IMG/VR virus record: IMGVR_UViG_3300028549_003662
Location: 1 to 64,000 of that record
Direction: 5' to 3' (one strand)
DNA from: a virus
DNA length: 64,000 nt
Part shown: positions 45,769-54,978 of the stretch, in pieces
How the letters are laid out: each line of letters begins with the position of its first letter
How positions within the stretch are numbered: position 1 is the stretch's first letter
Translations under genes and position numbers: made by a program
The notes under the pieces: generated by a model
The model's database searches: none
What the model was told of the DNA's origin: nothing
Seen by the model: only the letters and a program-made list of their open reading frames with translations

Positions 45769-46755
45769 CTAGCAGGCACGGGTGAAGACGATGCGCCCGG
45801 TGGTGATGAGTTCTTCTGCGGCGCTGGTGGTTTCGTACTGTGGGTACCACCACAGCGCCGCCCCGCCCTCGGCACCATCATCGCCGTCACCCTGGTTGGT
45901 CAGGATCGGAGCCTCGGTGAGCGCGCCGATCCGTTCGGGACGGACGAAGGCGAGATGGTCATTGCAGGTGATGGGCTCCAGCAGGTCGATGAGCATGGCG
46001 GATTCACTGCGGTCAGCGAGCGCGTCCCGCAGGAGTTGCACTTCCACAGCCGGGGTGAAGGTGAGTTCCAAGTCGCCGCCGATGTCCATCTCCGCGATGC
46101 GGATGACGCCGTAGTAGGATTCCCCGGTGACGTGGATGGGAGCCCTGGGGACATCGCCGGGGTCGACATCGGCCTTGCGCAGCACCGTATAGATGTCGGT
46201 GAGGAGCACGTCTGCGCTGTCCTGCGAGTACTTGCTGTACCCGGCCTTGATGCTCTTCAGGAACTCGTAGACGTTGCCGAGCACGACCGACATATCGGGC
46301 GCGGCAGCATGGAAGTCCCGCGACGGGCAGTCGCCTTCAGGGCAGTACCCGCCGGGCTCAATATCGCCAGCGTCATCGGTGGGGTCGAACTCGCGTCCGC
46401 AGTACTCGCACACGCAGTTGGCATCGAGCGCGAGGATTTTCGTGACGTCGAATTCCAGAACCGGCTTCGGCCGCACATACACGCAGCCCCCGCCGGGCGC
46501 CGCAACCGGAACGTGTTCGGCGTGGCGGGTCAAGACGGGCCGGGTGCCGACACAGCATTCGGCGTGGATGTACTTCAGCAGCTCCACGTAGTCGTCAGCG
46601 AGTTCCTGCGGGGCGTTGTCGAAGAGCACAACACGCTTGCCCTCACACAGCGTATGCAGCTTGCTGGCCTCGACGCTGGTGAAGACGTTGGCGAGCAATG
46701 CAAAGATGGAGTTGAAGTCAACGTAGGGTCCGAGGTAGAGAATGAGCGGGCGCAT
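45769..46755 (-). CDS. Multi-domain hypothetical protein
   Basis: 328 aa; CEYC...CP..DCP; IGALTEAPIL..WWYPQY. Confidence 0.75.
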   Translation of the reverse strand: MRPLILYLGPYVDFNSIFALLANVFTSVEASKLHTLCEGKRVVLFDNAPQELADDYVELLKYIHAECCVGTRPVLTRHAEHVPVAAPGGGCVYVRPKPVLEFDVTKILALDANCVCEYCGREFDPTDDAGDIEPGGYCPEGDCPSRDFHAAAPDMSVVLGNVYEFLKSIKAGYSKYSQDSADVLLTDIYTVLRKADVDPGDVPRAPIHVTGESYYGVIRIAEMDIGGDLELTFTPAVEVQLLRDALADRSESAMLIDLLEPITCNDHLAFVRPERIGALTEAPILTNQGDGDDGAEGGAALWWYPQYETTSAAEELITTGRIVFTRAC

Positions 46756-46765
46756 GATGGCCTCC

Positions 46766-47353
46766 TTACGCCGTGATGGGGATGATGGTGAAGATGGGCG
46801 CGGTGTCGGGGCTGAACACGGTGTCGCTGATCCAGGACTCCCTGATCTCGCGCACGATTTCCTGGGTGTCGCCGTAGTGTGGGAATGTCGGGACGGTGTC
46901 GCTGGTGTCGGTCTGGAACGCCCTGGTGACGCGAAGGTGGTCCTTGTCCTTGTTCTCGTTGCGGCAGCGGTATTCGGTGATGAAGACGCAGTACATCTTG
47001 ACCTCGTAGGGCTGCATGCATCGCGTGAACTTGCGGGTGTAGTCGATCCCCATCACGTTGGCCATCGTGACGTACTCCGTGATGGGGTCGCAGCATTCCG
47101 GCATCAGGAACACCGCAAGGTCTTCAGCGTATTCGATGTCGCTGACGAAGGCGTACAGGATTTCCTTGTCGGTGGCATTGGCGGCGCGGAGTTCGACAGC
47201 TTGCACACCAGGGGCGTTCACCGCCCAGGCCCTCGCGCAGCCGAAGTCAGATCCGGCAGCAGCAGTGAAGGTGAAGTCGGCCCGCACATGGTGGCGGTGC
47301 ATGAGCATGACGACGTCTTCGGCTTTCTTGTCCGACTTGGTAATCTTTTGCAT
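46766..47353 (-). CDS. Hypothetical protein
   Basis: RBS. Confidence 0.7.
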   Translation of the reverse strand: MQKITKSDKKAEDVVMLMHRHHVRADFTFTAAAGSDFGCARAWAVNAPGVQAVELRAANATDKEILYAFVSDIEYAEDLAVFLMPECCDPITEYVTMANVMGIDYTRKFTRCMQPYEVKMYCVFITEYRCRNENKDKDHLRVTRAFQTDTSDTVPTFPHYGDTQEIVREIRESWISDTVFSPDTAPIFTIIPITA

Positions 47354-47372
47354 GATGCGCTCCTTGCGCGGA

Positions 47373-47672
47373 CTACATGTGGATGTAGTAGTTTTCGATG
47401 ATGCGGTTGATGCGCCGGTTCGGGTTGGGGCGGCGGTACTGGTGCATGCCCTCCTTGCACAGCGCGACAGTGAAGTCCTTCGGCGTGGCGAAGTTGCAGC
47501 CGTTGTCGAGGTGGTCGCTGATGAGGCCGCAGCCGGAGGCGTCCAGCTTCTCGATGCGCTCCAGCGCCATCTTGGCCATGTCCGCCATAAGGCCGCTAAC
47601 CTTGGTGATGAGGTCGGCCTTCGCTTCTGCGCGCTCGGCGTCCGTGTACTCTCTGCGGGGTTGCTTGCTCAT
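47373..47672 (-). CDS. Hypothetical protein
   Basis: AAGGAG RBS at 47672 start. Confidence 0.65.
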   Translation of the reverse strand: MSKQPRREYTDAERAEAKADLITKVSGLMADMAKMALERIEKLDASGCGLISDHLDNGCNFATPKDFTVALCKEGMHQYRRPNPNRRINRIIENYYIHM

Positions 47673-47682
47673 GCCGGTCTCC

Positions 47683-47895
47683 TTATTCCGTGATGTCGCG
47701 CACAATGGAGGCGATAGCGTCTTCACAGATGGTGTGCTCGATGTCGCATTCGCCCTCGCCCACACGCAGCATAAGCAGCTTGTTGGCGGTGTCTGTGCCT
47801 TCCACACTGCCTTCGATGACGCGCCTGTCGCGCAGTGTGATGATGATTCCGTCGTCGATTTCGTACTTGTCCTCAATGTACTGGATGATACCCAT
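47683..47895 (-). CDS. Small Sm/LSm-like beta protein
   Basis: IIITLRDRRVIEGSVEG...LLML...ICEDAIASI. Confidence 0.5.
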   Translation of the reverse strand: MGIIQYIEDKYEIDDGIIITLRDRRVIEGSVEGTDTANKLLMLRVGEGECDIEHTICEDAIASIVRDITE

Positions 47896-47907
47896 GATGC
47901 ACTCCTC

Positions 47908-48705
47908 CTACTCGTCACGGACGAGGTAGCTGGTTTCTCCGTAGAAGACTTCACTGTAGTCGTAGCGCACCCGCGCCGCCGTGGCCTCCCAGTCGACGAC
48001 CAGGACGTTTTCGGCTTCTTCGCTGATAAGCCCCAGGCTGCGCAGGTCTTCGCGGACGAAGTCCTCGAAGTTGTCGGACTTGACGATGCTGTTGCCGTTT
48101 TGCGGGTTAGCGTGCTGCTTGACGTCCTCAAGGAAGTCGGCCAGCTTGTCGCGGTCCTGCGCTTCCGTGAACGTATCGCAGCGCGTTTGCAGGCGGTCGA
48201 CGAGTTCACCGAGACGTGTCTTGACAGCACTGTCGGGCTTGTCCTTGTGCCGCACCCACGCATTCGTGGCGCGGTCCAGCCGCTTTTCCAGGCGCAGGAA
48301 CGGTGCGTGGTACATGCGGTCCATGTACGCCAGGGCGTCGACGAGTTCGCGGGGGTCGAGCACGTTGCTCCCCTCCTCGTACTCATCGCTGGGCTCGTCG
48401 GGGAAGTCCTTGACGCGCTCCATGAGCCACACATCAACGGCCTCTTGCATCCCGTTGATGAAGGCGTAACCGGCAGTCGTGAGGGGTGCGCACCCGGTAT
48501 CTTCGCCCTCCGGGGCGTCTTCCAGCCACAGCCCCTCATAGCGAGGGTTGTCTTCGCAGAGACCTATGAGGCAGTTGGCGTCGATGTGGTCGTGGAGATC
48601 GCCGAAGCACTTCACGTTCTCCGGTATGTCGCCGAACTCCATGTGCTTCAGGATTTCGATCTTTGCCTGGGCGATGGCGTTACGCAGATTCATTGGCTTG
48701 CGCAT
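47908..48705 (-). CDS. Antirestriction ArdA-like acidic protein (C-terminal) with extra N-terminal domain
   Basis: DNFEDFVREDL...VDWEATAARVRYDYSEVFYGETSYLVR; N-term FGDLHDHIDAN. Confidence 0.55.
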   Translation of the reverse strand: MRKPMNLRNAIAQAKIEILKHMEFGDIPENVKCFGDLHDHIDANCLIGLCEDNPRYEGLWLEDAPEGEDTGCAPLTTAGYAFINGMQEAVDVWLMERVKDFPDEPSDEYEEGSNVLDPRELVDALAYMDRMYHAPFLRLEKRLDRATNAWVRHKDKPDSAVKTRLGELVDRLQTRCDTFTEAQDRDKLADFLEDVKQHANPQNGNSIVKSDNFEDFVREDLRSLGLISEEAENVLVVDWEATAARVRYDYSEVFYGETSYLVRDE

Positions 48706-48967
48706 CAGATTGCTCCTTTTCGCGTTCGTTTGTAAACACTGGGCCGTCTCCGTGTAGCAGGTACTGCGGACGTACTCCGCGAGTCATGTAGAGGTGCAGC
48801 ACCCAGTCGCTCCTCACTATGGCGCGCTTTTGCGAACCTTGATACGCGCAGTACGTTACTCCGAGGGCGCGAGCTATCTGCGGCATAGACTTCACGCCTG
48901 TGATTTCTTTGACGCGCTCCGAGAAAGCCACAAACGCGGCTTTCTCTTCAGGCGTTGGTTCGCTCAT
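48680..48967 (-). CDS. Phage CI-repressor-type (186 CI-like) HTH protein
   Basis: ERVKEITGVKS..QIARALGV......KR.IVRSDW...GVRPQYLLHGDGP. Confidence 0.75.
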   Translation of the reverse strand: MSEPTPEEKAAFVAFSERVKEITGVKSMPQIARALGVTYCAYQGSQKRAIVRSDWVLHLYMTRGVRPQYLLHGDGPVFTNEREKEQSDAQANESA

Positions 48968-48970
48968 GTG

Positions 48971-49462
48971 CTAGACCTTCTTTCCGAGTGCGATCTCGGC
49001 GCTGAATGCGTTGAGGCGATTGAGAACGTCCTGCGCCTTGACCGCGCCTTCCTGCATGTCGTGGGCGGCCGCGTCCTTCTGGCGCTGCAAGCCCTCCGTG
49101 GTCGTCTTCAGGACTGCCATGCTGTCGTTGTAGCAGTCCACGAGGCCGCGCATTTCGTCGATGAGGCCTGCAAGGCGGTCCTGGAACTTGCGCAGCACGA
49201 CCTCGTCGGCTCCGGCGATGAACTGCGGGCCAGTGCCGGTTGCCAGCCACATCGCGATGACGCCGTACTTGCCTTCCAGCTTGAGCAGCCAGTCCGAGGG
49301 GATGCTGGCGCGGCGCTTGGCGTCACTGATGCTGCTCTGCCGGACATCGAGGACGCCAGCGAGTTGCATCTGCGTCTTCGCGCCGGTGATGGCCTGGATG
49401 CGGGACATGATGGCCTCGTAGCGGGTGATGTCTTCCGGGGCGGCGGTGAGGGGCTTCGCCAT
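48971..49462 (-). CDS. Phage CI-repressor-type HTH protein with coiled-coil tail
   Basis: RIQAITGAKTQMQLAGVLDVRQSSISDAKRRASIPSDWLLKL...WLATGTGP. Confidence 0.85.
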   Translation of the reverse strand: MAKPLTAAPEDITRYEAIMSRIQAITGAKTQMQLAGVLDVRQSSISDAKRRASIPSDWLLKLEGKYGVIAMWLATGTGPQFIAGADEVVLRKFQDRLAGLIDEMRGLVDCYNDSMAVLKTTTEGLQRQKDAAAHDMQEGAVKAQDVLNRLNAFSAEIALGKKV

Positions 49463-49471
49463 GATGTTCTC

Positions 49472-49933
49472 CTAGATGTCGCCGTTGTAGGTGGCGGTTG
49501 CGGTTTCAACGATTTTTGCGTCCTCGATGACGTAGTGGCGGCCACCGAGAATGACGTCTTGGCCGCCGACGTTCGCGATGGTATCGTTCGTAGGGTCGAC
49601 GTCCGCCAGATCAGCATCGGCGACGCGGTAATAGGAGGGAGCGTCTGCATAGACATCCTGCACGAGACCGCCGTCGAGCATGACAAGCAGCTCGACGCGT
49701 TCAAGGGGGCAGTCCACCGCCCCAAGGACACAGCCTTCGAGGTTGTCGGGGATGTTGTTGTCGTCCGCGCCTTCGCGCAACCATGTCACGAACGCGACGT
49801 CATCGGGGTCGATGAGCTGCGTGTCGATGAGCACGACCTTGTCCTCGTGCTCGACGAACTCCAGGCTGTTGCCGGTACCCGCGACGAGTGCCATCACGGC
49901 TTCCAGGGCTTCGCGCTTGATGAGCTTCTTCAT
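49472..49933 (-). CDS. Acidic hypothetical protein
   Basis: VMLDGGLVQDV motif. Confidence 0.7.
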   Translation of the reverse strand: MKKLIKREALEAVMALVAGTGNSLEFVEHEDKVVLIDTQLIDPDDVAFVTWLREGADDNNIPDNLEGCVLGAVDCPLERVELLVMLDGGLVQDVYADAPSYYRVADADLADVDPTNDTIANVGGQDVILGGRHYVIEDAKIVETATATYNGDI

Positions 49934-49937
49934 GGCT

Positions 49938-50171
49938 TTAGAACTCCTTCGTGCTGTAGGGGACGACTTCCACGATGCCTTCCGGGGCGTCGTCCATCGT
50001 CACCGGGGTTGCGCCGTGGAACCAGTCTTCGAACTCCGGGTCTTCGGAGCTGATGTGGTCGGGGTTGTAGATGACGCACACATCGTCCTCGATGAACGCG
50101 CAGACGGGGAAGTCGCGCTCCATCGCCTGGATGATGCCCAGAAACACTTCCTGCGGGATGTAAGTCTTCAT
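49938..50171 (-). CDS. Acidic hypothetical protein
   Basis: RBS. Confidence 0.65.
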   Translation of the reverse strand: MKTYIPQEVFLGIIQAMERDFPVCAFIEDDVCVIYNPDHISSEDPEFEDWFHGATPVTMDDAPEGIVEVVPYSTKEF

Positions 50172-50190
50172 GTGTGCAGCGCTCCTTGTA

Positions 50191-50400
50191 TTAGGCGTCG
50201 GGGTTGAGGTCGGAAGCGAACTTGAACTTCGGGAAGGCGGTGCGCAGATCGCGCAGGTTGCGCCAAGTTGCCTGCATAGCCTCCCTGCGGTTGTCGGTGG
50301 TGATGATGGTGTCTTGCAGATGCGACACCACGTAGCCGCTCACACCCATGTGGCTGGCGCGGACAACGACAGCGGGTTGGTTCTTGCGAAGCAGCGCCAT
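50191..50400 (-). CDS. Hypothetical protein
   Basis: GAGGAGG RBS. Confidence 0.6.
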   Translation of the reverse strand: MALLRKNQPAVVVRASHMGVSGYVVSHLQDTIITTDNRREAMQATWRNLRDLRTAFPKFKFASDLNPDA

Positions 50401-50401
50401 G

Positions 50402-50701
50402 CTAGGCCTCCTCGGCTTCGACTTCGGTGGTGTAGTTTTCCAGCGCCGCTTCGAGCATGCCCGCCACGGCGGTGCTGACATCAAACACGCGGCCCTCGAA
50501 GCGGATGTACACGGTACCGTCGCTGGCCAGATTCGGCAGCCTGTCCGTGAGGTGGAAGGCGTCCGCGATGACATCGCAAACTTCCTCATCGAGCACGATG
50601 CCGATGTGGTCGAACGTGTTGTCGGTGTGCTGCACAGGAGTCTGGTTGGGGTAGCCTTCAATGCGCGCCGCGACACGCTTCGCCTTTTCTTCGTTGGTCA
50701 C
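50402..50701 (-). CDS. Hypothetical protein
   Basis: RBS. Confidence 0.65.
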   Translation of the reverse strand: MTNEEKAKRVAARIEGYPNQTPVQHTDNTFDHIGIVLDEEVCDVIADAFHLTDRLPNLASDGTVYIRFEGRVFDVSTAVAGMLEAALENYTTEVEAEEA

Positions 50702-50702
50702 G

Positions 50703-50930
50703 CTAGGCCTCCTCTATGGCGAACTCGCTGTAGATGCCGTCGTAGTCACACTTTGCGCAGACGCAGGGGCTATCAGGCCCCCACTCGTCGACTTCGGTGT
50801 CCGTGATCCAGGCCTGCTCGCCGTTGAGTTCCGGGGTGTCGTTGGGCACCGCGTACAGGCTCGCCTTGACACAGATGCGGATGACGGCTTCGTTGCCGTC
50901 GTTGCCGCACTTGGGGCATTTGAAGCTCAT
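50703..50930 (-). CDS. Zn-ribbon mini-protein (paralog 2)
   Basis: CPKCGNDG...EWGPDSPCVCAKC. Confidence 0.7.
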   Translation of the reverse strand: MSFKCPKCGNDGNEAVIRICVKASLYAVPNDTPELNGEQAWITDTEVDEWGPDSPCVCAKCDYDGIYSEFAIEEA

Positions 50931-50934
50931 GTGC

Positions 50935-51294
50935 TTAACCCTCCTTGTGCTGTGCGAGTTCGTCGATTTCCGGCAGATTCAGGAAACGGAAGTCGTGATG
51001 GCCGGTAGCCACCGCGAGGAGCCGGCAGGCCTCCATGTCGCTCTTCAGGATGTCGCCGTTCACGGCGTTGCAGGACACGCACCGGGCGAGTTCGCGCACC
51101 AGGGCGGGGATGAGGGCGCTTTCGCCCTCGTAGGTCGTGAACTGCACGACAACAGTCTCTCCGTCCTCGCTCACGATGCCGTTCACGGTCATGCCATGAA
51201 GGAACTCGGCCGCGACGACATCGTAGCCGAGTTCCTTCACGAGTTCGATGAGGTCGCTGAATCCGAGGTGGTTGAGTTCAATACGCTTGCTCAT
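50935..51294 (-). CDS. Hypothetical protein
   Basis: AAGGAG RBS. Confidence 0.65.
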   Translation of the reverse strand: MSKRIELNHLGFSDLIELVKELGYDVVAAEFLHGMTVNGIVSEDGETVVVQFTTYEGESALIPALVRELARCVSCNAVNGDILKSDMEACRLLAVATGHHDFRFLNLPEIDELAQHKEG

Positions 51295-51307
51295 GTTGGG
51301 CTCCTTT

Positions 51308-51424
51308 TTATCTGCGCCAGATGAGCGCAAACACGGTTTTCCAGATGGTGATGCAGAGCCAGTAGTCGGTGATGCTGATGGCGAACTCCCAGGACGGCCC
51401 GTGGCGGAACACACTGACGTACAT
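51308..51424 (-). CDS. 38-aa hydrophobic peptide (not in ORF track)
   Basis: MYVSVFRHGPSWEFAISITDYWLCITIWKTVFALIWRR; exactly fills the gap. Confidence 0.5.
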   Translation of the reverse strand: MYVSVFRHGPSWEFAISITDYWLCITIWKTVFALIWRR

Positions 51425-51426
51425 CG

Positions 51427-51696
51427 CTAGTCACCGGCCTCGGCATCGGTGATGGCATCGTTCTCGTAGTTGTCCTTGGCAATGCGCGCCAGGTCGTCGA
51501 AGTCCAGGCCGCCGAGTTCGCAGAGGTGCATGAGGTCAGAGAGGACGTCGACAACAGCGACACTGTCCACGTCCGCCCGCACAACATCCTCGGTGAAGAT
51601 GTCGGCGATGACGCGGAAGTCGAAGCCGTCAGGGTAGTTGGCGATCTGGCTGTAGATGCGCCGGGCGCGCATGATGTTCTTCACGGTCATGGTCAT
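51427..51696 (-). CDS. Conserved small acidic helical protein
   Basis: DVLSDLMHLC..GLDFDDL..IA..NYE. Confidence 0.7.
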   Translation of the reverse strand: MTMTVKNIMRARRIYSQIANYPDGFDFRVIADIFTEDVVRADVDSVAVVDVLSDLMHLCELGGLDFDDLARIAKDNYENDAITDAEAGD

Positions 51697-51710
51697 GGTG
51701 GCCTCCTTTT

Positions 51711-52052
51711 TTAGCCGAGCAGGCGGACGATGATCTCCGCGCTCAAGATGTAGCCCTCGGTGGGTGTGTGCTGCTTCTTTTCCAGATTGTAGGCGTTGCC
51801 GTTGCGGAGGTTCACCACCAGCGGCGTTGTCCAGCTATCCTGGCGCAGACACTGCTGGAAGCCCTCGTTGTTCGCCTTGAGCTTCATGTAGATGCTGAAC
51901 TTGTCACCGCCGCCCAGGATGGTTTGCGGGGAGTGGTAGGCGTTCACGAACACGGTGCCGGGAGGCATGTCGGCGATGCGCATCTTCTTGAACGACGGGA
52001 GCGGGGTGGCGATGGTGATGACGGGGGCGGGGGTGTTTCCGTGGTTGCTCAT
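51711..52052 (-). CDS. Hypothetical protein
   Basis: RBS, overlap. Confidence 0.65.
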   Translation of the reverse strand: MSNHGNTPAPVITIATPLPSFKKMRIADMPPGTVFVNAYHSPQTILGGGDKFSIYMKLKANNEGFQQCLRQDSWTTPLVVNLRNGNAYNLEKKQHTPTEGYILSAEIIVRLLG

Positions 52053-52315
52053 TGTGATGCTCCTTCCGGCGCGCTGTGCTTGCGCTTGCCGGTGTTGCGG
52101 GTTTCTATGTACTTGCGCACAAGGGGGATGAGGTCGTTGCTCGTCGTGAGGTGGTCGCCGCGCAGCCGCCAGTACACGGGCAGGAAGTGCCCCTTGTAGC
52201 GGACCTGCATGACTTGGTACTCGCCACGACCATCGCGGACCTCATAGCCGTTCTCGACGCACCATGCTTTGAACTCTTCGAGTTTCCTCGGATGCAGGGT
52301 GCAGCGCTTGCTCAT
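52049..52315 (-). CDS. Conserved phage hypothetical protein
   Basis: LHPRKLEEFKAW....GRGEYQVMQV. Confidence 0.7.
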   Translation of the reverse strand: MSKRCTLHPRKLEEFKAWCVENGYEVRDGRGEYQVMQVRYKGHFLPVYWRLRGDHLTTSNDLIPLVRKYIETRNTGKRKHSAPEGASQ

Positions 52316-53721
52316 TCACACACCCTCGCGGCCAGGGTGGTGATGTTCCGCATCAGCAGGCGGTGGCAGCCCACGACGATGATGCCGGTCTCGCGGTCAT
52401 AGCTGTGAATGCGGTAGCCCGCCATGAGCTTACGCAGGCCTTCAGGGATGTCAGCGACCGCCATCGTGCCGTCATTGAGCGCGGCGATGATGGGGCAGTA
52501 GCGCTTGAACTCCTTCAGCGTGATCTCGCTTTCCATGCTGGTGCGGATGCGCTGCGTTTCCGGTATCAGCCAGATGACGGCGTTCGGGAGGTCACGCGCA
52601 TCGCTGTTGTAGGTGGTGTCACCGATCTTCGGCACAGGACCGCCGAAGGCGCAGCGCAGGATGACAAAGCGGTGCAGGTCGAAGTGCGCTTCCAGAAGGT
52701 CCGAGTAGCGGGAGTCGAAGCCCTTGCGGCCATTCTCGACCAGTTCGGCGTATGCGGCCTTCGCGCCCTCATGCAGCGCGGCGTAGTAGGCCGTGATGGG
52801 CGCGGTGTCGACGTCCAGGTACACAGCGGCACGGTAGATGTGCCCGATGTTGAGCACGTTCAGGGGCGCGTTGGCATCCAGGTATTCCGTCTTCGAAACC
52901 GTCAGCAGCTGCATCATTTCCGGCAGCTTGGCAGTGATGCGCTTCGCGCACACCGTAAGCGCGCCCAGGATGGTGGTGCGGTCGTCGTCAGGGAGTTCCC
53001 GCGACTCCAGCACCCCCATCGCTTCGCTGACGGCGTTAGAGACCTCCATCCCGACCTGCGCGGTGTTCTGAAGCATGTCGATGATGTCGCCCATCTTCTT
53101 GCGGTACTTCTTGATGCGCTTCTCGCGCATGACCGCCTCACGTTCGTCCTGTGCCCTCTCGCTGGCTTCGAGGAGGTTCGTGACGTAGTCGTCGGCCATG
53201 ACGCGGTCGATCAGCGCCTGCGCCTCCGCAGTGATCTTGCGCTTGTAGGTATTGAAGGCCAGGGTGAGCAGCCGCACATTGCCGCGCACGGCGTTAAGCT
53301 GTTCGGGTCCGTAGATGTTGCCGTGATTGACCGCAGACAATGCATCCCGTTCCTCATCAAGCGCCAGGGTGTGAATGAGGTTGATGATCTCCTTGGGCGC
53401 GGCGGCGTCAAACGAGAACGTGGCGGCGTCGTCGACGGTGATTTCGAGCATAGACTTGCGGTCGATGGCATGCCAGAGGTCGTTCTGGTGCCCGGATGTT
53501 GTGATGCTGTACTGACGCTGGGAGCGCACGATGACGCGGTCGTAAGCGCCGATGGGGCGGGGCAGCATGTAGAGCTTTCCGAGCACGTAGTGCGTCCCGT
53601 AGCTGTAGATGGTGCCGCGTTCGTAGAATATTGTGCCCTTGCCGTTCTTGCCCGAAATGCGCCCGTGACTCACGTCCTGGTGAACGAAGGCGTGGCAGAC
53701 TTCCTTGTTGGTCATTGACAT
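52312..53721 (-). CDS. Large hypothetical early protein
   Basis: FYERGTIYSYGTHY..YSITTSGHQ; C-term IVVGCHRL. Confidence 0.8.
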   Translation of the reverse strand: MSMTNKEVCHAFVHQDVSHGRISGKNGKGTIFYERGTIYSYGTHYVLGKLYMLPRPIGAYDRVIVRSQRQYSITTSGHQNDLWHAIDRKSMLEITVDDAATFSFDAAAPKEIINLIHTLALDEERDALSAVNHGNIYGPEQLNAVRGNVRLLTLAFNTYKRKITAEAQALIDRVMADDYVTNLLEASERAQDEREAVMREKRIKKYRKKMGDIIDMLQNTAQVGMEVSNAVSEAMGVLESRELPDDDRTTILGALTVCAKRITAKLPEMMQLLTVSKTEYLDANAPLNVLNIGHIYRAAVYLDVDTAPITAYYAALHEGAKAAYAELVENGRKGFDSRYSDLLEAHFDLHRFVILRCAFGGPVPKIGDTTYNSDARDLPNAVIWLIPETQRIRTSMESEITLKEFKRYCPIIAALNDGTMAVADIPEGLRKLMAGYRIHSYDRETGIIVVGCHRLLMRNITTLAARVCE

Positions 53722-53738
53722 AGCTGTGCTCCTTATCG

Positions 53739-53939
53739 CTACAGGGTTGTGGCTTTCACGTGAGCGCTGTGAGTGCGGATGCGCTCGGCTGCGCTCTCAA
53801 GGACGCTGGCGTAGAAGTCCGACTTGTCTTCGAACTCACGCTCGCTCACAGTGGCGATGGCGTCTTCGAGCAGCACGTCGATGCGTCCGCGCACGGCGTT
53901 GAACTGTTCGGCGGCGGTTTCTTTCGAGGGGAATCTCAT
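53739..53939 (-). CDS. Hypothetical protein
   Basis: RBS. Confidence 0.6.
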   Translation of the reverse strand: MRFPSKETAAEQFNAVRGRIDVLLEDAIATVSEREFEDKSDFYASVLESAAERIRTHSAHVKATTL

Positions 53940-53944
53940 ACCAG

Positions 53945-54250
53945 CTACCTCTTCAGCATACCGGAGAGCGCCAGCTTATCCTGCACACGCGGCCACCAGT
54001 CCGGGTTGTGGCCGTAGGCGACGTGGCCCACGACCTCATCGGGGAAGGCCTTGTAGAGCCGGGCCAAGTTGGTGAAATCGGCGCGGATGATGGCCTCGGT
54101 GAGCGCGGTGCGGAAGCTGCCCATTGCGCGCTTGTACTGCCAGTTGAAGACGAACTTTTCGGCCTCGGTGAGCGGTGCGTCCACGTCCACGGTGAGGTCG
54201 TTGGCGGCGGCGAGAAGCGTTGAGGAATCCATGAATTCTTCGACAGACAT
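53945..54250 (-). CDS. Conserved phage hypothetical protein
   Basis: GSFRTALTEAIIRADFTNLARLYKAFP. Confidence 0.7.
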   Translation of the reverse strand: MSVEEFMDSSTLLAAANDLTVDVDAPLTEAEKFVFNWQYKRAMGSFRTALTEAIIRADFTNLARLYKAFPDEVVGHVAYGHNPDWWPRVQDKLALSGMLKR

Positions 54251-54259
54251 GATGGCCTC

Positions 54260-54541
54260 CTATTCTGTGCGGGTGACGACGTAGCGCTGCGGGGCGTCCG
54301 CAACGGCTTTGATGTCCTCGTAGGTGAGTTCCTTGCCCCGCAGCGCCTGTGGGATGTGCAGGGGGACGACGGTGACGCTCTCCGCACACGCTGCCAGGGA
54401 GAGCGGCACAACGCCGCAGATGTGCTTGCCTTTGACGTCTTCAGGCCGTGCGTGGGCAACGATGGGGGCTTTGATGCCAAGGCCACGCAGATACGTTGCC
54501 AGGGCGGGATGGCGAGTGATGATGATGTCGATGTGCTGCAC
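54260..54541 (-). CDS. Csx16 (Cas_VVA1548)-like protein, candidate viral ring nuclease
   Basis: GGAGG-GTG; IITRHPA...L...H..P.D.....G..P..LAA.....L.IP..LRGKELT.EDI......Y.V; 93 aa. Confidence 0.7.
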   Translation of the reverse strand: MQHIDIIITRHPALATYLRGLGIKAPIVAHARPEDVKGKHICGVVPLSLAACAESVTVVPLHIPQALRGKELTYEDIKAVADAPQRYVVTRTE

Positions 54542-54555
54542 TGTTCCTCCTGTGT

Positions 54556-54975
54556 TTAGTAGCGGTCGAGCCAGAACCCCGTGATGAGTTGCTGCGATGC
54601 GGCGTCGGCGACTTCCAGGAAACGCTTCCTGGCATACGCGCGGGCCTCCTTGGGCGTTGCAATGTGCTCCGGTACGATCTCCTGGCAGTAGTCCTTGCTC
54701 CACAGGGTGTAGATGGCGTGGTAGCGCGCCCCAGGTACGGGGTAGTTTTCGAGTTGCGAATCTGTGTACTTCGCGTTGTAGGGGAGCGCGTCGGGCTCTG
54801 CGGCCTCTTTCTGCTCTGCCATCCACGCATCGAGGACGGCGTTGTTGTAGTGCTCGCTCACGACCTCGTAGATGCCGGGGATGGCGAGGAGCGCGCTGGG
54901 GCTCACCTCCTCGTCCATCGCGCCAGCCAGTAAGCGGTCGAAGTCTTCAGTGGTCATCGCGCTGTAGTCGTTCAT
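54556..54975 (-). CDS. Hypothetical protein
   Basis: LLAIPGIYEVVSEHYNNAVL..W. Confidence 0.7.
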   Translation of the reverse strand: MNDYSAMTTEDFDRLLAGAMDEEVSPSALLAIPGIYEVVSEHYNNAVLDAWMAEQKEAAEPDALPYNAKYTDSQLENYPVPGARYHAIYTLWSKDYCQEIVPEHIATPKEARAYARKRFLEVADAASQQLITGFWLDRY

Positions 54976-54978
54976 GGT

